DNA from: a virus
Lineage: Duplodnaviria; Heunggongvirae; Uroviricota; Caudoviricetes
Direction: 5' to 3' (one strand)
DNA length: 14,330 bases
IMG/VR virus record: IMGVR_UViG_3300009169_000014
Span: 172,741 to 187,070 of that record
Part shown: piece after piece, positions 1 through 8,462 of the stretch
How the letters are laid out: each line of letters opens with the position of its first letter
Numbering within the stretch: position 1 is the first letter of the stretch
Notes under the pieces: model-generated
The model's input: only the letters and a program-made list of their open reading frames with translations
What the model was told of the DNA's origin: nothing
Databases searched by the model: none
Program-made: the position numbers and the translations under genes

Positions 1-3000
1 CGACGCTGATGCCCTCGTGAATCGAGAAGGTGCGCCCGGTCTCTGTTGGGGAGAAGAGCGTTGAACCCGTACCCGACGGTGGACCAACGGTAATCTGTGT
101 GGCGCTCACTCGAGAGAGGATTCGGTAGTACCCCGCGTTCGTCCCGTCCTGGACCCACAGGAATCGCCCCGGCGTGGCACTGGCAGGGAAGTCCGAACCG
201 GCGGAGTTGAACGTATTCCCCCCGTTGATCGGGTTACCGTCCGTTTTCGTCGGCCCCACCTGGAAGCCGAGGAACTTGTTTCCGCCGGTTGTCAGGGTGA
301 GCGTGTCCCCGTTTGCTCCACCGAGGTCAACGTTCCCGTTGACACCGGAAACCCCGGTCATGGCATCGTTGGCGGACTGAATGAAGTCAGCCCTGTTGAT
401 GTGGTTGAAGAGGAAGTCGGCGTTGGTCCGTGCCTCATCCACCACAGTGTTCTTGCTCGTCGCGAGTCGGTTTCCGGCTACGTCGTAGAACTCCCAGGTG
501 GAGATGTCGTGGTCAGCGCGGCCGCTATCAGTCGCGAACCGGGGGATAGCAGTCCACTTCCAATATCGTCCTGTCCGTGCGGAGGATGAAAGGTCGCTGA
601 AGTCCGAGTAGACCTTTACGTCTTGGTTGGAATAAATCTCTCGTCCGTCACCGCTCAACCACGTCCCGTTGTTCTTGACGTCGGGAGGAGCCGCGTCTGC
701 GCTGTAGGAGATGCGCTTCACCAAGTCCCAGGTCGGCTTCACGCAAATCCAACTCTGATTCGTGATGAGCGCGTTCGGAGGAATCCGAAGCTGCATCGTT
801 GTGGGCGTGAGCAGACGCTCAACGCACAGTCGGTGCCCGCCGTTGGCCACGACGATCATGTCCTCTTCCCGCACGGCATCCTTGATGCGGTAGGTGACTA
901 CGGCGCTCGAAAGCGTCCACGTCTTCGCGGTTTGGTCCAGGTTCTGAACCGTGATGACCGAAGGGCTGGTGTACCCGATGACGCGGAAGGCATTGTTCGG
1001 AGCGGTAGACTCCGCGCCAGCACCCGCCGTGAGCTCTACAACCTGCCCCACGTGGGACGCCAGGAATTGGGCGTTGGTCGTATCTGTGAGGGTATTCCCG
1101 CCTGACGTGATGAGCCCCACCGCCGGAGTCGTCGGCGTGAGACTGATCGCGCCTAGGAAATCGCCAGACAGCAACGCATTCGTGTTAGCGACGTTCGCTG
1201 TGCAGTTGAAAGTCCCTGCGCCGGATGTTCGGACACCCGGGGTTGGTACAACGAACCAGGTAGCGGCGTAGTTGTTCTGAGTGGCCCCAGAGGCGTTCGT
1301 ATAGCTGATCGACGACGAGCTGTTGAAGGCCGTGATGGTGAACGTCCCGTTGTTGGCCGCTACCGAAGCACCAGTGATGACGATGTACTTTCCGACATCC
1401 CCCGCCACAAACGGCGTGCCGGTGGCGTTCAACGTCATCGTCGGTGTGGAGAAGGACAGCCCCGTCGTTCCGTTGCCCACACCAGACTTCGTGGCGGAGC
1501 CCAGAGGAGTTCCCCCCGCGTCCGTCGCCTTGTAGATGTTCCCGATGAGGCCGCAGCTGGTAAGCGTGTTCATAATGCGCGCTTCGGCCGAAAAGGTGTG
1601 GACCCGCAGAACGGCGTAGCCGACCTGTACGTCCTTTCCGAAGTCGACCATCAGCGAGTAGCCGAGGACGGTGTTGGCGGTGATGCCATTCCAACCCGTG
1701 TCACTGCCAGTATTAGAGTAGGCAGTTCCATGTCCGACCACGCCGTCCATGCGCTTCCCGATGATGCCGTCGAGAATCTGGCGGCCGTTGGTCAACTCGG
1801 CCGCGGGAAGAGCTCGGTGGTGCGCGAGAGCCGCGTCGTACTGCCCTGTTTGTTCTGGGTAGTTTTCGAAGTACACCTTCGAAGCAAGACTCCCAGGGAC
1901 GGCCAACGGATTCGCGGTGGCGAACTTTCGGGGCTCGTCATTCTCGTGGAGGCGAGTCTTGAAGTGGTACGCCTCGTACGTGAAGCCGGTGATGTCCTGC
2001 GTGTTGTCCTTGCCCACGCCATCGGCCAGCATGATGGTCATCTCTTCTGGTCCGGCGTTTGAGCCAACCGAGCCGTAGTCCCAGACGGTGTACGTCAGCG
2101 ACCCCGCCGTGGCCAGGGCCGAGAACGTGGCTCCGGCCATGGTCTTGAGCGTCACGGAGACGCCCGGAGTGACTACGTTGATCTTGTAGATGCCTGCGTC
2201 TGTTCCAGTTTCGATGCGCAGCGTACGACCCGCGTCACCAGAAACGAAGCCGCCATCTGTGAAGACAGCGGAGCCGGTGGTGGTTCCGCCGCCAGAAGAA
2301 GTGACGCGCACCTGGGCCATACGCCCCAGGAACTCATTGTTGGCGGGCGTGGCCGGAACAAGGATGCCTTGGCGGTAGAAGCCAATCTTCACGCCGTACA
2401 TCACCTCTTCGTGCGCGGAGTGAATCGGCTTGGCCGCACAGAGGGGATTCGTCGTGTCGGCGAAGGACTTGTTCGGCGTCCCCGCGAGAGCCACTTCTCG
2501 TGGAGTCCAAGCGGAGCCGGTCCACTGGTAGGTGACCTCGACAGCGCCAAGCCACATACGTGGCCCCGCGTTCCATGCACCGTAGCTAAGGTCCAGGAAC
2601 CATCCGACGCTGTCGAAGACTTTGTTCCGCCCGGTGCTGCCCGTGGTCTGGTTTGAGACATTCTCATCCCGCCACACGAATGTGTCAGCTTCTCGGGAGT
2701 AGTACGCAGTGTCGACGTTCCCGGTGCTCCCGGCCCATAGTTGCGTTTGAACGCGTCCGTCTGGGTGTTCGAAGAAGTTTCTTGTGATGCGGCTGTTCTG
2801 GGGGGAGTACGAACCATCAGAGCGCGGAGCGTAGGAGGAGACGATGAAGAAGGTTCCGGCGTAGTTGGCCTGGGTCGCCATCGTCGCGCCGGTGTTGTTG
2901 TTGTAAACGATCTGCGACGAGCTGTTGAAGGCCGTGATGGGGAACACCCCGTTGTTGCCCGCAGTCGACGAACCCGTGATGACGATGTACTTGCCCACGT

Positions 3001-5545
3001 CACTGGCCACGAAAGGCGTCCCGGTGGCGTTCAATGTCATGTTGGGCGCGGAATACGTGAGAGCAGTGGAAGCGCTCCCGGTCCCCGTCGTCAGAGGGGG
3101 CCCCGCCCAGTACGCGGTGTTTTCTGCGCCCCAGTACCGCTTCATCGTCGCGGGAGCGAACGTGCTCTTGACGATCTTGAGGTGGCCGTTGTCCGAGCCG
3201 ACCCAGATTTCATCGAACTTTGAATTCACCAAGATGGCGTTGAAGCTCGTCGGAGTCGCCGGGTTCACTGAAGTAGCCGCAGTTCCACCAACGAGAACGC
3301 TCCCAGGAGTCGTCAAAACGTTAGTGTCAGTGATGAGAATGGCGGTGTGCGCGTTGGTCGCGACGTTGTACTTGTTGATTTGCTGCGTCGTGTCGTTGGA
3401 CAGCCAGTAGACGTCGCCGTTGGCGGGGTCGATGGCTACTCGCTGGTTTTCGCCGTGGATCGCCTGCACATTGCAGTCGGCCCCGAGGCCCGCCGTTGAA
3501 CTGAAGGTCCGGTTGAGGAACGTGCCAGGAGCCAGCGACTCGAAGTAGTTGATCTTGTTCAGCCCGGTCGTGGCGTTATCGTAGAACATGTACAGCCGGT
3601 CGCCGATGTCCAGGTCGATGCCTCCGTCACCCCCGAAAGTGACCGCGTCCCCGGCGAGCGTCGTAACGGTGATCGTGTCCGCGTCTACCACCGTGGCGAT
3701 TTTGTAGATGCCTGCGTCCGCTCCGGCTACGCGGATAACGCGCCCAATGTCAGAGCTCGTCATCGTAGTACCTACGATGTTGTCGATCTGATTCGACGCG
3801 CCAACAGTGTCTCCGGCGAATGCGCGATTCGCTGTTTTATCAGCGACGATACCCGCGACATTGGAGTCGGGAACGCCAAGGCGCGTCCATGTCCCAGTGA
3901 ACGCCTCAGCTACGCCTGCGTGGTTCTGGTACGTGATGACCGTTGGGCTGGTGTACCCGGTGATGAGGAACGTCCCATCATTTGCGCCCGTAGTGGCGCC
4001 TGAGATGGTGATCGACTGCCCCACCATCCGCGCGTTGAACACCGCGCCAGCGTCAGTCAGCGTCATGCTCGGCGCGGTTCCGCCGATGGTATCGCCCGTC
4101 CCGGTCCACGCTGCGCCGCCCTGGTCCTCGGTGTACTGACGCGTTGTCAGGTCCGGCTTGATGATGATGACGCCGCCGTTGCCCAGGGACGGGTGCTGCA
4201 CAGCGAAGTAGACCCAGTTGCCGGTTCCTTGAGTCCCACCACGAATTCGGTCGCCAGAAGCAAGGACCAGTGGCGGAGACAGGAAGGACGAGTGGCCCGC
4301 CGTACCAAGGTAGTTTGCCACCTCACGTGGAGACTCAATAGTTCTCCACCGCCAGTGCATGATGCACGAGTCGTTGTTGGCGTTGGTGTGGCCAATCCAG
4401 CAGCGCTGGTTGGCTTCATCCAGGACCATCGCGTTCGCGCCTCCCGCCCCTGTACTGGTGTACGGGAACGTGTGGCCTGGGAAGTTGGCGCTGCCCCCTT
4501 CGTTCACGGTATTCTTGTACAAGGCGAAGTCGTAGCCCAGCCCCTGGTCGTAGTCGCCGTGAGTCCACGGCTTCATACCGATGGTGTAGCTCCCTTGTTG
4601 TTCGGCGGCGGCGGCGACTTCTGTGGAGCCAGTCTTCTCGATCTTCACCTTCATGATGAAGCTTGACCGGATTGGTTGAGTCGTTCCAGCAAAAAATCCG
4701 GGCTGGAATCTCCCGCTGGTCTCGACCTGTCCCGCGGACAGCGGGATGATGCTTATTTCGTTGAAGTAGGTCGTGCGGCCGGGACCGATGTACAAGTCGT
4801 TTCCCGCGATAGTCGCCGCGGCTTGCCCCACAAAGGGCGTACCATTCAGATTTCGCAGCCAGAGCTTGTTATTGGCGAAATCGACGTGTTGGATGAAGTA
4901 GAACCCAGCATCGGCGCCTGTGGCGATGCGCAGAACTTGCCAGCGACCAGGCGTGACGTACTTGTTGTCCCAGAATCCAGCATTCGTGAAGGTGACGTAG
5001 TCCCTACCTACAAGCGTCGTGAGGGTGGAGTTGGCAGCGCCTCCGGCGAGGTACATCGGGTGGGCGTAAACGATGCCGATCTGCGTGTAGTCGGCGGGTA
5101 GGTCCGACGCCGAGACGAGCGAGTCTCCTCCCCAGGCGCTTTTGTCTACGCCAACTGTGTTGTCGTAAGCAGAGATACCGGCGTGGACTCGCGAAATAGC
5201 GGAAGACGCGATTGCGGCGATGCTCCCCGTGGCCCTAAACTTGAGGTAGTCCAGCGTCGATATGGCCGTCATCTGAACCGGGTACGCGGTAGGCTGAGCC
5301 GCCGCCCAGTCAGCGTGCCCGACGGTGATGTCGTTGTCGTCCAGCAACCCTCCTTGTTTGAAGGGGTACAGGCGCATCTGGTAGCTCTGCCCAGCGCTGT
5401 TGGTGTCCCAGAAGTTAATGGTCCGGGCGAGGGTGCGGCTGCGGAAGGCGATGTTGCCCGCCTGCAGGTCTTCCTTGTTGGATGACTTCGGATTCTCCTT
5501 GTCGGGAAGAATCGTCATGAGCCCGGTGATTTCTTTGACTGACAT
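1..5545 (-). CDS. Giant modular virion structural protein (tail fibre/baseplate-associated, probable receptor-binding), partial at the 3' end, >=1848 aa
   Basis: Manual translation from ATG at 5545 (MSVKEITGLMTILPDKENPKSS...) reads without a stop codon to position 2 (...TFSIHEGISV). A GAGG RBS precedes it just after the upstream TAA. It is rich in T/G/A/N/S and has 8 internal beta-repeat modules, propeller-like blades and a discoidin-like motif. It lies downstream of tail-type genes in the same operon. Function is inferred from composition and context. Confidence 0.9.
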   Translation of the reverse strand, partial: MSVKEITGLMTILPDKENPKSSNKEDLQAGNIAFRSRTLARTINFWDTNSAGQSYQMRLYPFKQGGLLDDNDITVGHADWAAAQPTAYPVQMTAISTLDYLKFRATGSIAAIASSAISRVHAGISAYDNTVGVDKSAWGGDSLVSASDLPADYTQIGIVYAHPMYLAGGAANSTLTTLVGRDYVTFTNAGFWDNKYVTPGRWQVLRIATGADAGFYFIQHVDFANNKLWLRNLNGTPFVGQAAATIAGNDLYIGPGRTTYFNEISIIPLSAGQVETSGRFQPGFFAGTTQPIRSSFIMKVKIEKTGSTEVAAAAEQQGSYTIGMKPWTHGDYDQGLGYDFALYKNTVNEGGSANFPGHTFPYTSTGAGGANAMVLDEANQRCWIGHTNANNDSCIMHWRWRTIESPREVANYLGTAGHSSFLSPPLVLASGDRIRGGTQGTGNWVYFAVQHPSLGNGGVIIIKPDLTTRQYTEDQGGAAWTGTGDTIGGTAPSMTLTDAGAVFNARMVGQSITISGATTGANDGTFLITGYTSPTVITYQNHAGVAEAFTGTWTRLGVPDSNVAGIVADKTANRAFAGDTVGASNQIDNIVGTTMTSSDIGRVIRVAGADAGIYKIATVVDADTITVTTLAGDAVTFGGDGGIDLDIGDRLYMFYDNATTGLNKINYFESLAPGTFLNRTFSSTAGLGADCNVQAIHGENQRVAIDPANGDVYWLSNDTTQQINKYNVATNAHTAILITDTNVLTTPGSVLVGGTAATSVNPATPTSFNAILVNSKFDEIWVGSDNGHLKIVKSTFAPATMKRYWGAENTAYWAGPPLTTGTGSASTALTYSAPNMTLNATGTPFVASDVGKYIVITGSSTAGNNGVFPITAFNSSSQIVYNNNTGATMATQANYAGTFFIVSSYAPRSDGSYSPQNSRITRNFFEHPDGRVQTQLWAGSTGNVDTAYYSREADTFVWRDENVSNQTTGSTGRNKVFDSVGWFLDLSYGAWNAGPRMWLGAVEVTYQWTGSAWTPREVALAGTPNKSFADTTNPLCAAKPIHSAHEEVMYGVKIGFYRQGILVPATPANNEFLGRMAQVRVTSSGGGTTTGSAVFTDGGFVSGDAGRTLRIETGTDAGIYKINVVTPGVSVTLKTMAGATFSALATAGSLTYTVWDYGSVGSNAGPEEMTIMLADGVGKDNTQDITGFTYEAYHFKTRLHENDEPRKFATANPLAVPGSLASKVYFENYPEQTGQYDAALAHHRALPAAELTNGRQILDGIIGKRMDGVVGHGTAYSNTGSDTGWNGITANTVLGYSLMVDFGKDVQVGYAVLRVHTFSAEARIMNTLTSCGLIGNIYKATDAGGTPLGSATKSGVGNGTTGLSFSTPTMTLNATGTPFVAGDVGKYIVITGASVAANNGTFTITAFNSSSSISYTNASGATQNNYAATWFVVPTPGVRTSGAGTFNCTANVANTNALLSGDFLGAISLTPTTPAVGLITSGGNTLTDTTNAQFLASHVGQVVELTAGAGAESTAPNNAFRVIGYTSPSVITVQNLDQTAKTWTLSSAVVTYRIKDAVREEDMIVVANGGHRLCVERLLTPTTMQLRIPPNALITNQSWICVKPTWDLVKRISYSADAAPPDVKNNGTWLSGDGREIYSNQDVKVYSDFSDLSSSARTGRYWKWTAIPRFATDSGRADHDISTWEFYDVAGNRLATSKNTVVDEARTNADFLFNHINRADFIQSANDAMTGVSGVNGNVDLGGANGDTLTLTTGGNKFLGFQVGPTKTDGNPINGGNTFNSAGSDFPASATPGRFLWVQDGTNAGYYRILSRVSATQITVGPPSGTGSTLFSPTETGRTFSIHEGISV
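86..211 (-). repeat. Internal module G (FNSAGSDFPASATPGRFLWVQDGTNAGYYRILSRVSATQITV)
   Basis: Divergent copy showing the TPGR...G.[DN]AG.Y.I pattern shared with module H. Confidence 0.65.
941..1090 (-). repeat. Internal module D (LTDTTNAQFLASHVGQVVELTAGAGAESTAPNNAFRVIGYTSPSVITVQN)
   Basis: Shares the F..xxVG and GYTSPxVITxQN motifs with module C. Confidence 0.75.
1295..1438 (-). repeat. Internal module B of the giant protein (MTLNATGTPFVAGDVGKYIVITGASVAANNGTFTITAFNSSSSISYTN)
   Basis: Near-duplicate of module A, 534 codons downstream and in the same frame. Confidence 0.95.
2147..2263 (-). repeat. Internal module E (FTDGGFVSGDAGRTLRIETGTDAGIYKINVVTPGVSVTL)
   Basis: Belongs to the DAGxYxI subclass. 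The 17-mer TTGTAGATGCCTGCGTC is identical at 2184-2200 and 3702-3718. Confidence 0.8.
2897..3040 (-). repeat. Internal module A of the giant protein (MTLNATGTPFVASDVGKYIVITGSSTAGNNGVFPITAFNSSSQIVYNN)
   Basis: 39/48 aa are identical to module B. A 26-nt exact DNA match links 2915-2940 and 1313-1338. Confidence 0.95.
3665..3778 (-). repeat. Internal module F (IVGTTMTSSDIGRVIRVAGADAGIYKIATVVDADTITV)
   Basis: Shares DxGRxxRx..G.DAGIYKI with module E. Confidence 0.8.
3923..4066 (-). repeat. Internal module C (MTLTDAGAVFNARMVGQSITISGATTGANDGTFLITGYTSPTVITYQN)
   Basis: Aligns without gaps to modules A/B and shares GYTSPxVITxQN with module D. Confidence 0.85.
4856..4990 (-). repeat. Internal module H (FTNAGFWDNKYVTPGRWQVLRIATGADAGFYFIQHVDFANNKLWL)
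   Basis: Divergent copy containing LRIxTGxDAGxYxI, as in module E. Confidence 0.65.
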
Positions 5546-5559
5546 GTTCGTTGTCCCTC

Positions 5560-6156
5560 TTAGTAGATGGGGCTCATGCTGATCTTGTAGATGACTTCCA
5601 GCGTCTGAGTGTTCGTCTGAGTTTTGGGTGGGGTCATCAGCGCATACGCCATCACCCATTTCGCGTACCCAGTACCGAGGCCAGCGCTCCACCCCGACAA
5701 GAAGATAGTCCCGAGGTTTCGGTTGCCTTGCCCAGAGCCGTAGTTAGCCGAGATGGTAGAGTTGCAGGTGAACGTCTTGGTGTGGGTTACCACGTTGTTC
5801 GTCGGTGTCAGGTTTCCGGAGACAAAAAGTTGGGCGCTGTCGGATGCGATGCTGCTTCGCGCGGACATGGGCGGCTCGGTGGAAGAGGAAAACCCGAGCT
5901 GCGCTATATTGAATCGGTAGTCCATCCAGATGCGCCGCCCAGAATCCGTGATGAGGTTCTCCCCTTGGTGAGACCAAGCAACCTCGCCAGATTCCGCGTC
6001 CTTCGCGACAATTTCGAAGGAGCCTTTCATCTCAATGCCGCCCTGAAGAATCGCCTCTCTCGTGGCGTTTCGGTTTTCAGGTCCTCCGCGACGAAGACGA
6101 GCCAATACCTCTCGGGCTTCCTCTGGGTTGACAACAGACACCTTGTAGTCGCTCAT
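5560..6156 (-). CDS. Putative tail-collar fibre/baseplate-associated structural protein, 198 aa
   Basis: The start overlaps the upstream stop (ATGA) and has a GAGGA RBS. The pattern GSFEIVAKD..SGEV...ENLITDSG...LGFSS.TEPP...AYALMTPPKT....TLEVIYKI resembles, by eye, phage proteins that precede tail fibre genes. Confidence 0.65.
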   Translation of the reverse strand: MSDYKVSVVNPEEAREVLARLRRGGPENRNATREAILQGGIEMKGSFEIVAKDAESGEVAWSHQGENLITDSGRRIWMDYRFNIAQLGFSSSTEPPMSARSSIASDSAQLFVSGNLTPTNNVVTHTKTFTCNSTISANYGSGQGNRNLGTIFLSGWSAGLGTGYAKWVMAYALMTPPKTQTNTQTLEVIYKISMSPIY

Positions 6157-7934
6157 ATGATCCTCGTCGTTCCTGCCTGAGTCCAGGTGCCTGCGCCGTC
6201 TGCCTGTCCGCTACCGCCAGGGCCACCGGCCCCATCGCTGAGCAGGTTTGTATCAGGGTCGACAGCTGAAAACTTCACCGGCGCTCGATTCACGAAACTG
6301 AAGTCGTCACCCCTCGGCTCCCGCTGAGCAGTCCCCTCACTAACCCACGCAAAGTCTGTGAGGTCTCCGTCTCGGCCGAAACTCAACCAGTAGTCGGTGA
6401 AGAGTACCCCCTCATTGAAGCGGTCCACAATGACGCTGGAATACACCCCAGACGGGCGCCCCATCACGTCGAGAGCTTGGGCGAAGTAGCCGCGTCCGTA
6501 CACCCGCGTGGCGACAGGCACGAAGAAGGTGTCCGCCCCAGGGAAAATCAGCGTTGGAGCCGCAAGGGGAACCGCCACGCCGCCGTCCAGCCGGTACACG
6601 ATGTACCCCGACGTCTCAGAATCGTTGGGGCCGACGAAGACACCGAACCCATCCGGAGAAGGTCTCTCAACGAAAGCAATCGACACGGGGCTTGGTGTTC
6701 CAAGCGTGTACGTCCCTTGATCTCCAGACCCCTCACCAACCAGGTTTGTGTCTGGGTCCGTAAAGCCAATCTTGACGGGCTGGCGGTTGACGTACGAGAA
6801 GTCGTCGTCTCTTGGATCTCTCTGCGCAGAACCTTCTCCGACGCGCCCACCATCGACGTTTTCGAGCGACTTGATGATGCCGCCTGTGTCCGCCGTGAAA
6901 GGCATGTTCATGGTGGCGGGGTCATCTGTGCTGTTCGCCGTCAACTTGAAGATACGGTTCCCCGCGAAGAAGAAGACGTACAAAGTGTCGGTGGCGGCGT
7001 CGTAGAGAAGCTCGGGACGCCCTGTGTTTGACGAGTTGCCTCCACCTGGGGTCGTCAGCCGTGTCTCTGGACCGAACTGCCCGAACGGGCTCTCTTTTAC
7101 GACATAGAGATCCCGGTCCCTCTCGACGCACCACCATCGAGTTCCAGAGCCCATCTCGTACGAGGACACCGCAACGACATTGTCTGTAGCGGTGAGCTTC
7201 GTCGTCGCGGAACGAAGAGCGGCTTGGTAGTAGGCCGCGATGAGATACGGTTGGTAGGGGCGTGAGACATCGTGAACTGAGACCTCATCCGCCAACCCAT
7301 CCCAGAAAGCGGAGTCCGCGACCCTCTGTAGCCGCCCTACGCTGAACACCGCCGTAATGTTCGTCACGGGCGGCGGAACTGGCAGCGATGAGGGAATCCC
7401 ATTCACCGTAACGGACGCCGCAGGCACCAACTGATTGTCGATGTAGATCTCGATGTCGCGGTTTACTCCGTTTACGCTCCGACGCACGGCGATAGAGTAA
7501 AACTGGTTCAACTTGATGGTGGCCGCGGCGGTCGTGACCAAGACTTCGCCCGCAGCGGCGGTGTGCCGGTACTCCAGAGCCCCGTTCGATTTGACCGAGA
7601 GGGCGTAGAGAACGCCGTCACTCGTAGTGGGGCCGCCACAAGAAACAATGCAGCGCAGCTGAGATCCGGTTGGGTTGATGGAGTTCATCTTCACCCAACT
7701 GATGAGAGTCAGCCCCGCGGTAAGACGAAGAAGAGGGTTCGAAATTGAGGCAAAGGACGATGTTCCGTTCAGGCCTCGCGCTCCACCAACTCGGCCAAGA
7801 GTCGCGGAGCTCGCGCTTGTGACCGTCAGGTGAAGTGCGTTCGCCGTCGCATCGCGCGCAGCATCAGTCTCCAAGGCCTCATCGAAGCCCCAGTAGCCGA
7901 TGAGATTGGCGTCGAGCGAAAGGCGAACAGCCAC
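6153..7934 (-). CDS. LamG/concanavalin-A-like lectin domain virion protein with an FN3-like segment and a duplicated 36-aa motif, 593 aa
   Basis: The N-terminal motifs LIGYWGFDE, GRVGGARGLNG, LTLISWVK and FWDGLADEVSVHD are typical of LamG-like jelly-roll domains. SGYIVYR...YFAQALDVMGRPS matches the C-terminal strands of FN3. It has a GTG start 3 nt after the upstream TGA. Confidence 0.85.
   Translation of the reverse strand: MAVRLSLDANLIGYWGFDEALETDAARDATANALHLTVTSASSATLGRVGGARGLNGTSSFASISNPLLRLTAGLTLISWVKMNSINPTGSQLRCIVSCGGPTTSDGVLYALSVKSNGALEYRHTAAAGEVLVTTAAATIKLNQFYSIAVRRSVNGVNRDIEIYIDNQLVPAASVTVNGIPSSLPVPPPVTNITAVFSVGRLQRVADSAFWDGLADEVSVHDVSRPYQPYLIAAYYQAALRSATTKLTATDNVVAVSSYEMGSGTRWWCVERDRDLYVVKESPFGQFGPETRLTTPGGGNSSNTGRPELLYDAATDTLYVFFFAGNRIFKLTANSTDDPATMNMPFTADTGGIIKSLENVDGGRVGEGSAQRDPRDDDFSYVNRQPVKIGFTDPDTNLVGEGSGDQGTYTLGTPSPVSIAFVERPSPDGFGVFVGPNDSETSGYIVYRLDGGVAVPLAAPTLIFPGADTFFVPVATRVYGRGYFAQALDVMGRPSGVYSSVIVDRFNEGVLFTDYWLSFGRDGDLTDFAWVSEGTAQREPRGDDFSFVNRAPVKFSAVDPDTNLLSDGAGGPGGSGQADGAGTWTQAGTTRII
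6231..6338 (-). repeat. 36-aa repeat, copy 2, in the LamG protein (EGTAQREPRGDDFSFVNRAPVKFSAVDPDTNLLSDG)
   Basis: 24/36 aa are identical to the copy at 6729-6836. Confidence 0.9.
6729..6836 (-). repeat. 36-aa repeat, copy 1, in the LamG protein (EGSAQRDPRDDDFSYVNRQPVKIGFTDPDTNLVGEG)
   Basis: 24/36 aa are identical to the copy at 6231-6338. Confidence 0.9.
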
Positions 7935-7937
7935 GGG

Positions 7938-8414
7938 TCACGCCCCTGCCTGAATGTACGTCCCGCCCCGCTCTTTGAAATTGGGCTCCATGGCGTAGTT
8001 GCAGTGATCTTGGTGTAGCGCTGACGAGGTCAGTTGATTGGGCACGAGCTCGAGCCGGTACCGCTTGGCCCAGCGCTCCCCGCTCCCCATTACGAAGAGT
8101 TCAAGTCGACTGACCTCTGGTACCCAAAGCGCAGAGCCTTGGAAAAAACCTCCCTCCGCGGTGTCGAAGGGGAGGCAGAGTTCTGGGTCCTTGCCCGAGA
8201 GCTCAAGGGTGTCGGCGTCGGCACCGAGCTCAAGGCCCACAGACACGATGGATCCGTTCGTTTTCTTTTGAAGGCGAAGAAAAGCTCCCGCGCCATTGGT
8301 CAGAATGACGTCGCTCACGTTGAGGGAACGAGCAACCGTCCACCCGAGGGACGTCATCAAGAAATTCTTCAGCGCTGAGTGAAAAAGCAGAACGCTGGCG
8401 AAGGTTTCGTTCAT
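7938..8414 (-). CDS. Hypothetical protein, probably virion-associated, 158 aa
   Basis: A GGAG RBS lies 5 nt before the ATG. It is the first gene of a tightly packed run leading into the tail-type genes. Confidence 0.75.
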   Translation of the reverse strand: MNETFASVLLFHSALKNFLMTSLGWTVARSLNVSDVILTNGAGAFLRLQKKTNGSIVSVGLELGADADTLELSGKDPELCLPFDTAEGGFFQGSALWVPEVSRLELFVMGSGERWAKRYRLELVPNQLTSSALHQDHCNYAMEPNFKERGGTYIQAGA

Positions 8415-8432
8415 TGCGTCTCCACGGTGGAC

Positions 8433-8448
8433 CGCCTGAGTATAGGCG
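8433..8448 (-). promoter_or_regulatory. Putative promoter: TATACT -10 box inside a 5-bp inverted repeat (CGCCT-ATACTC-AGGCG)
   Basis: TATACT occurs on the minus strand with GTGACG 16 nt upstream. The 9-mer CCTATACTC recurs upstream of the endolysin. Confidence 0.5.
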
Positions 8449-8462
8449 AGGAGGCGCTGTCG

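Noticed and set aside
1295-3040. Modules A/B as a diversity-generating retroelement TR/VR pair
   Set aside because: Mismatches include G/C and C/T changes at synonymous sites, AAC codons are preserved in both copies, both copies are coding within one gene, and no reverse transcriptase is in the window.
174-5582. Many ORF-track entries on both strands (e.g. 623-1105, 2401-3003, 4193-4666, 4676-5101)
   Set aside because: They are shadow frames of the uninterrupted minus-strand giant gene, with Arg/Pro/Ser-skewed or antisense-type composition typical of GC-rich DNA.
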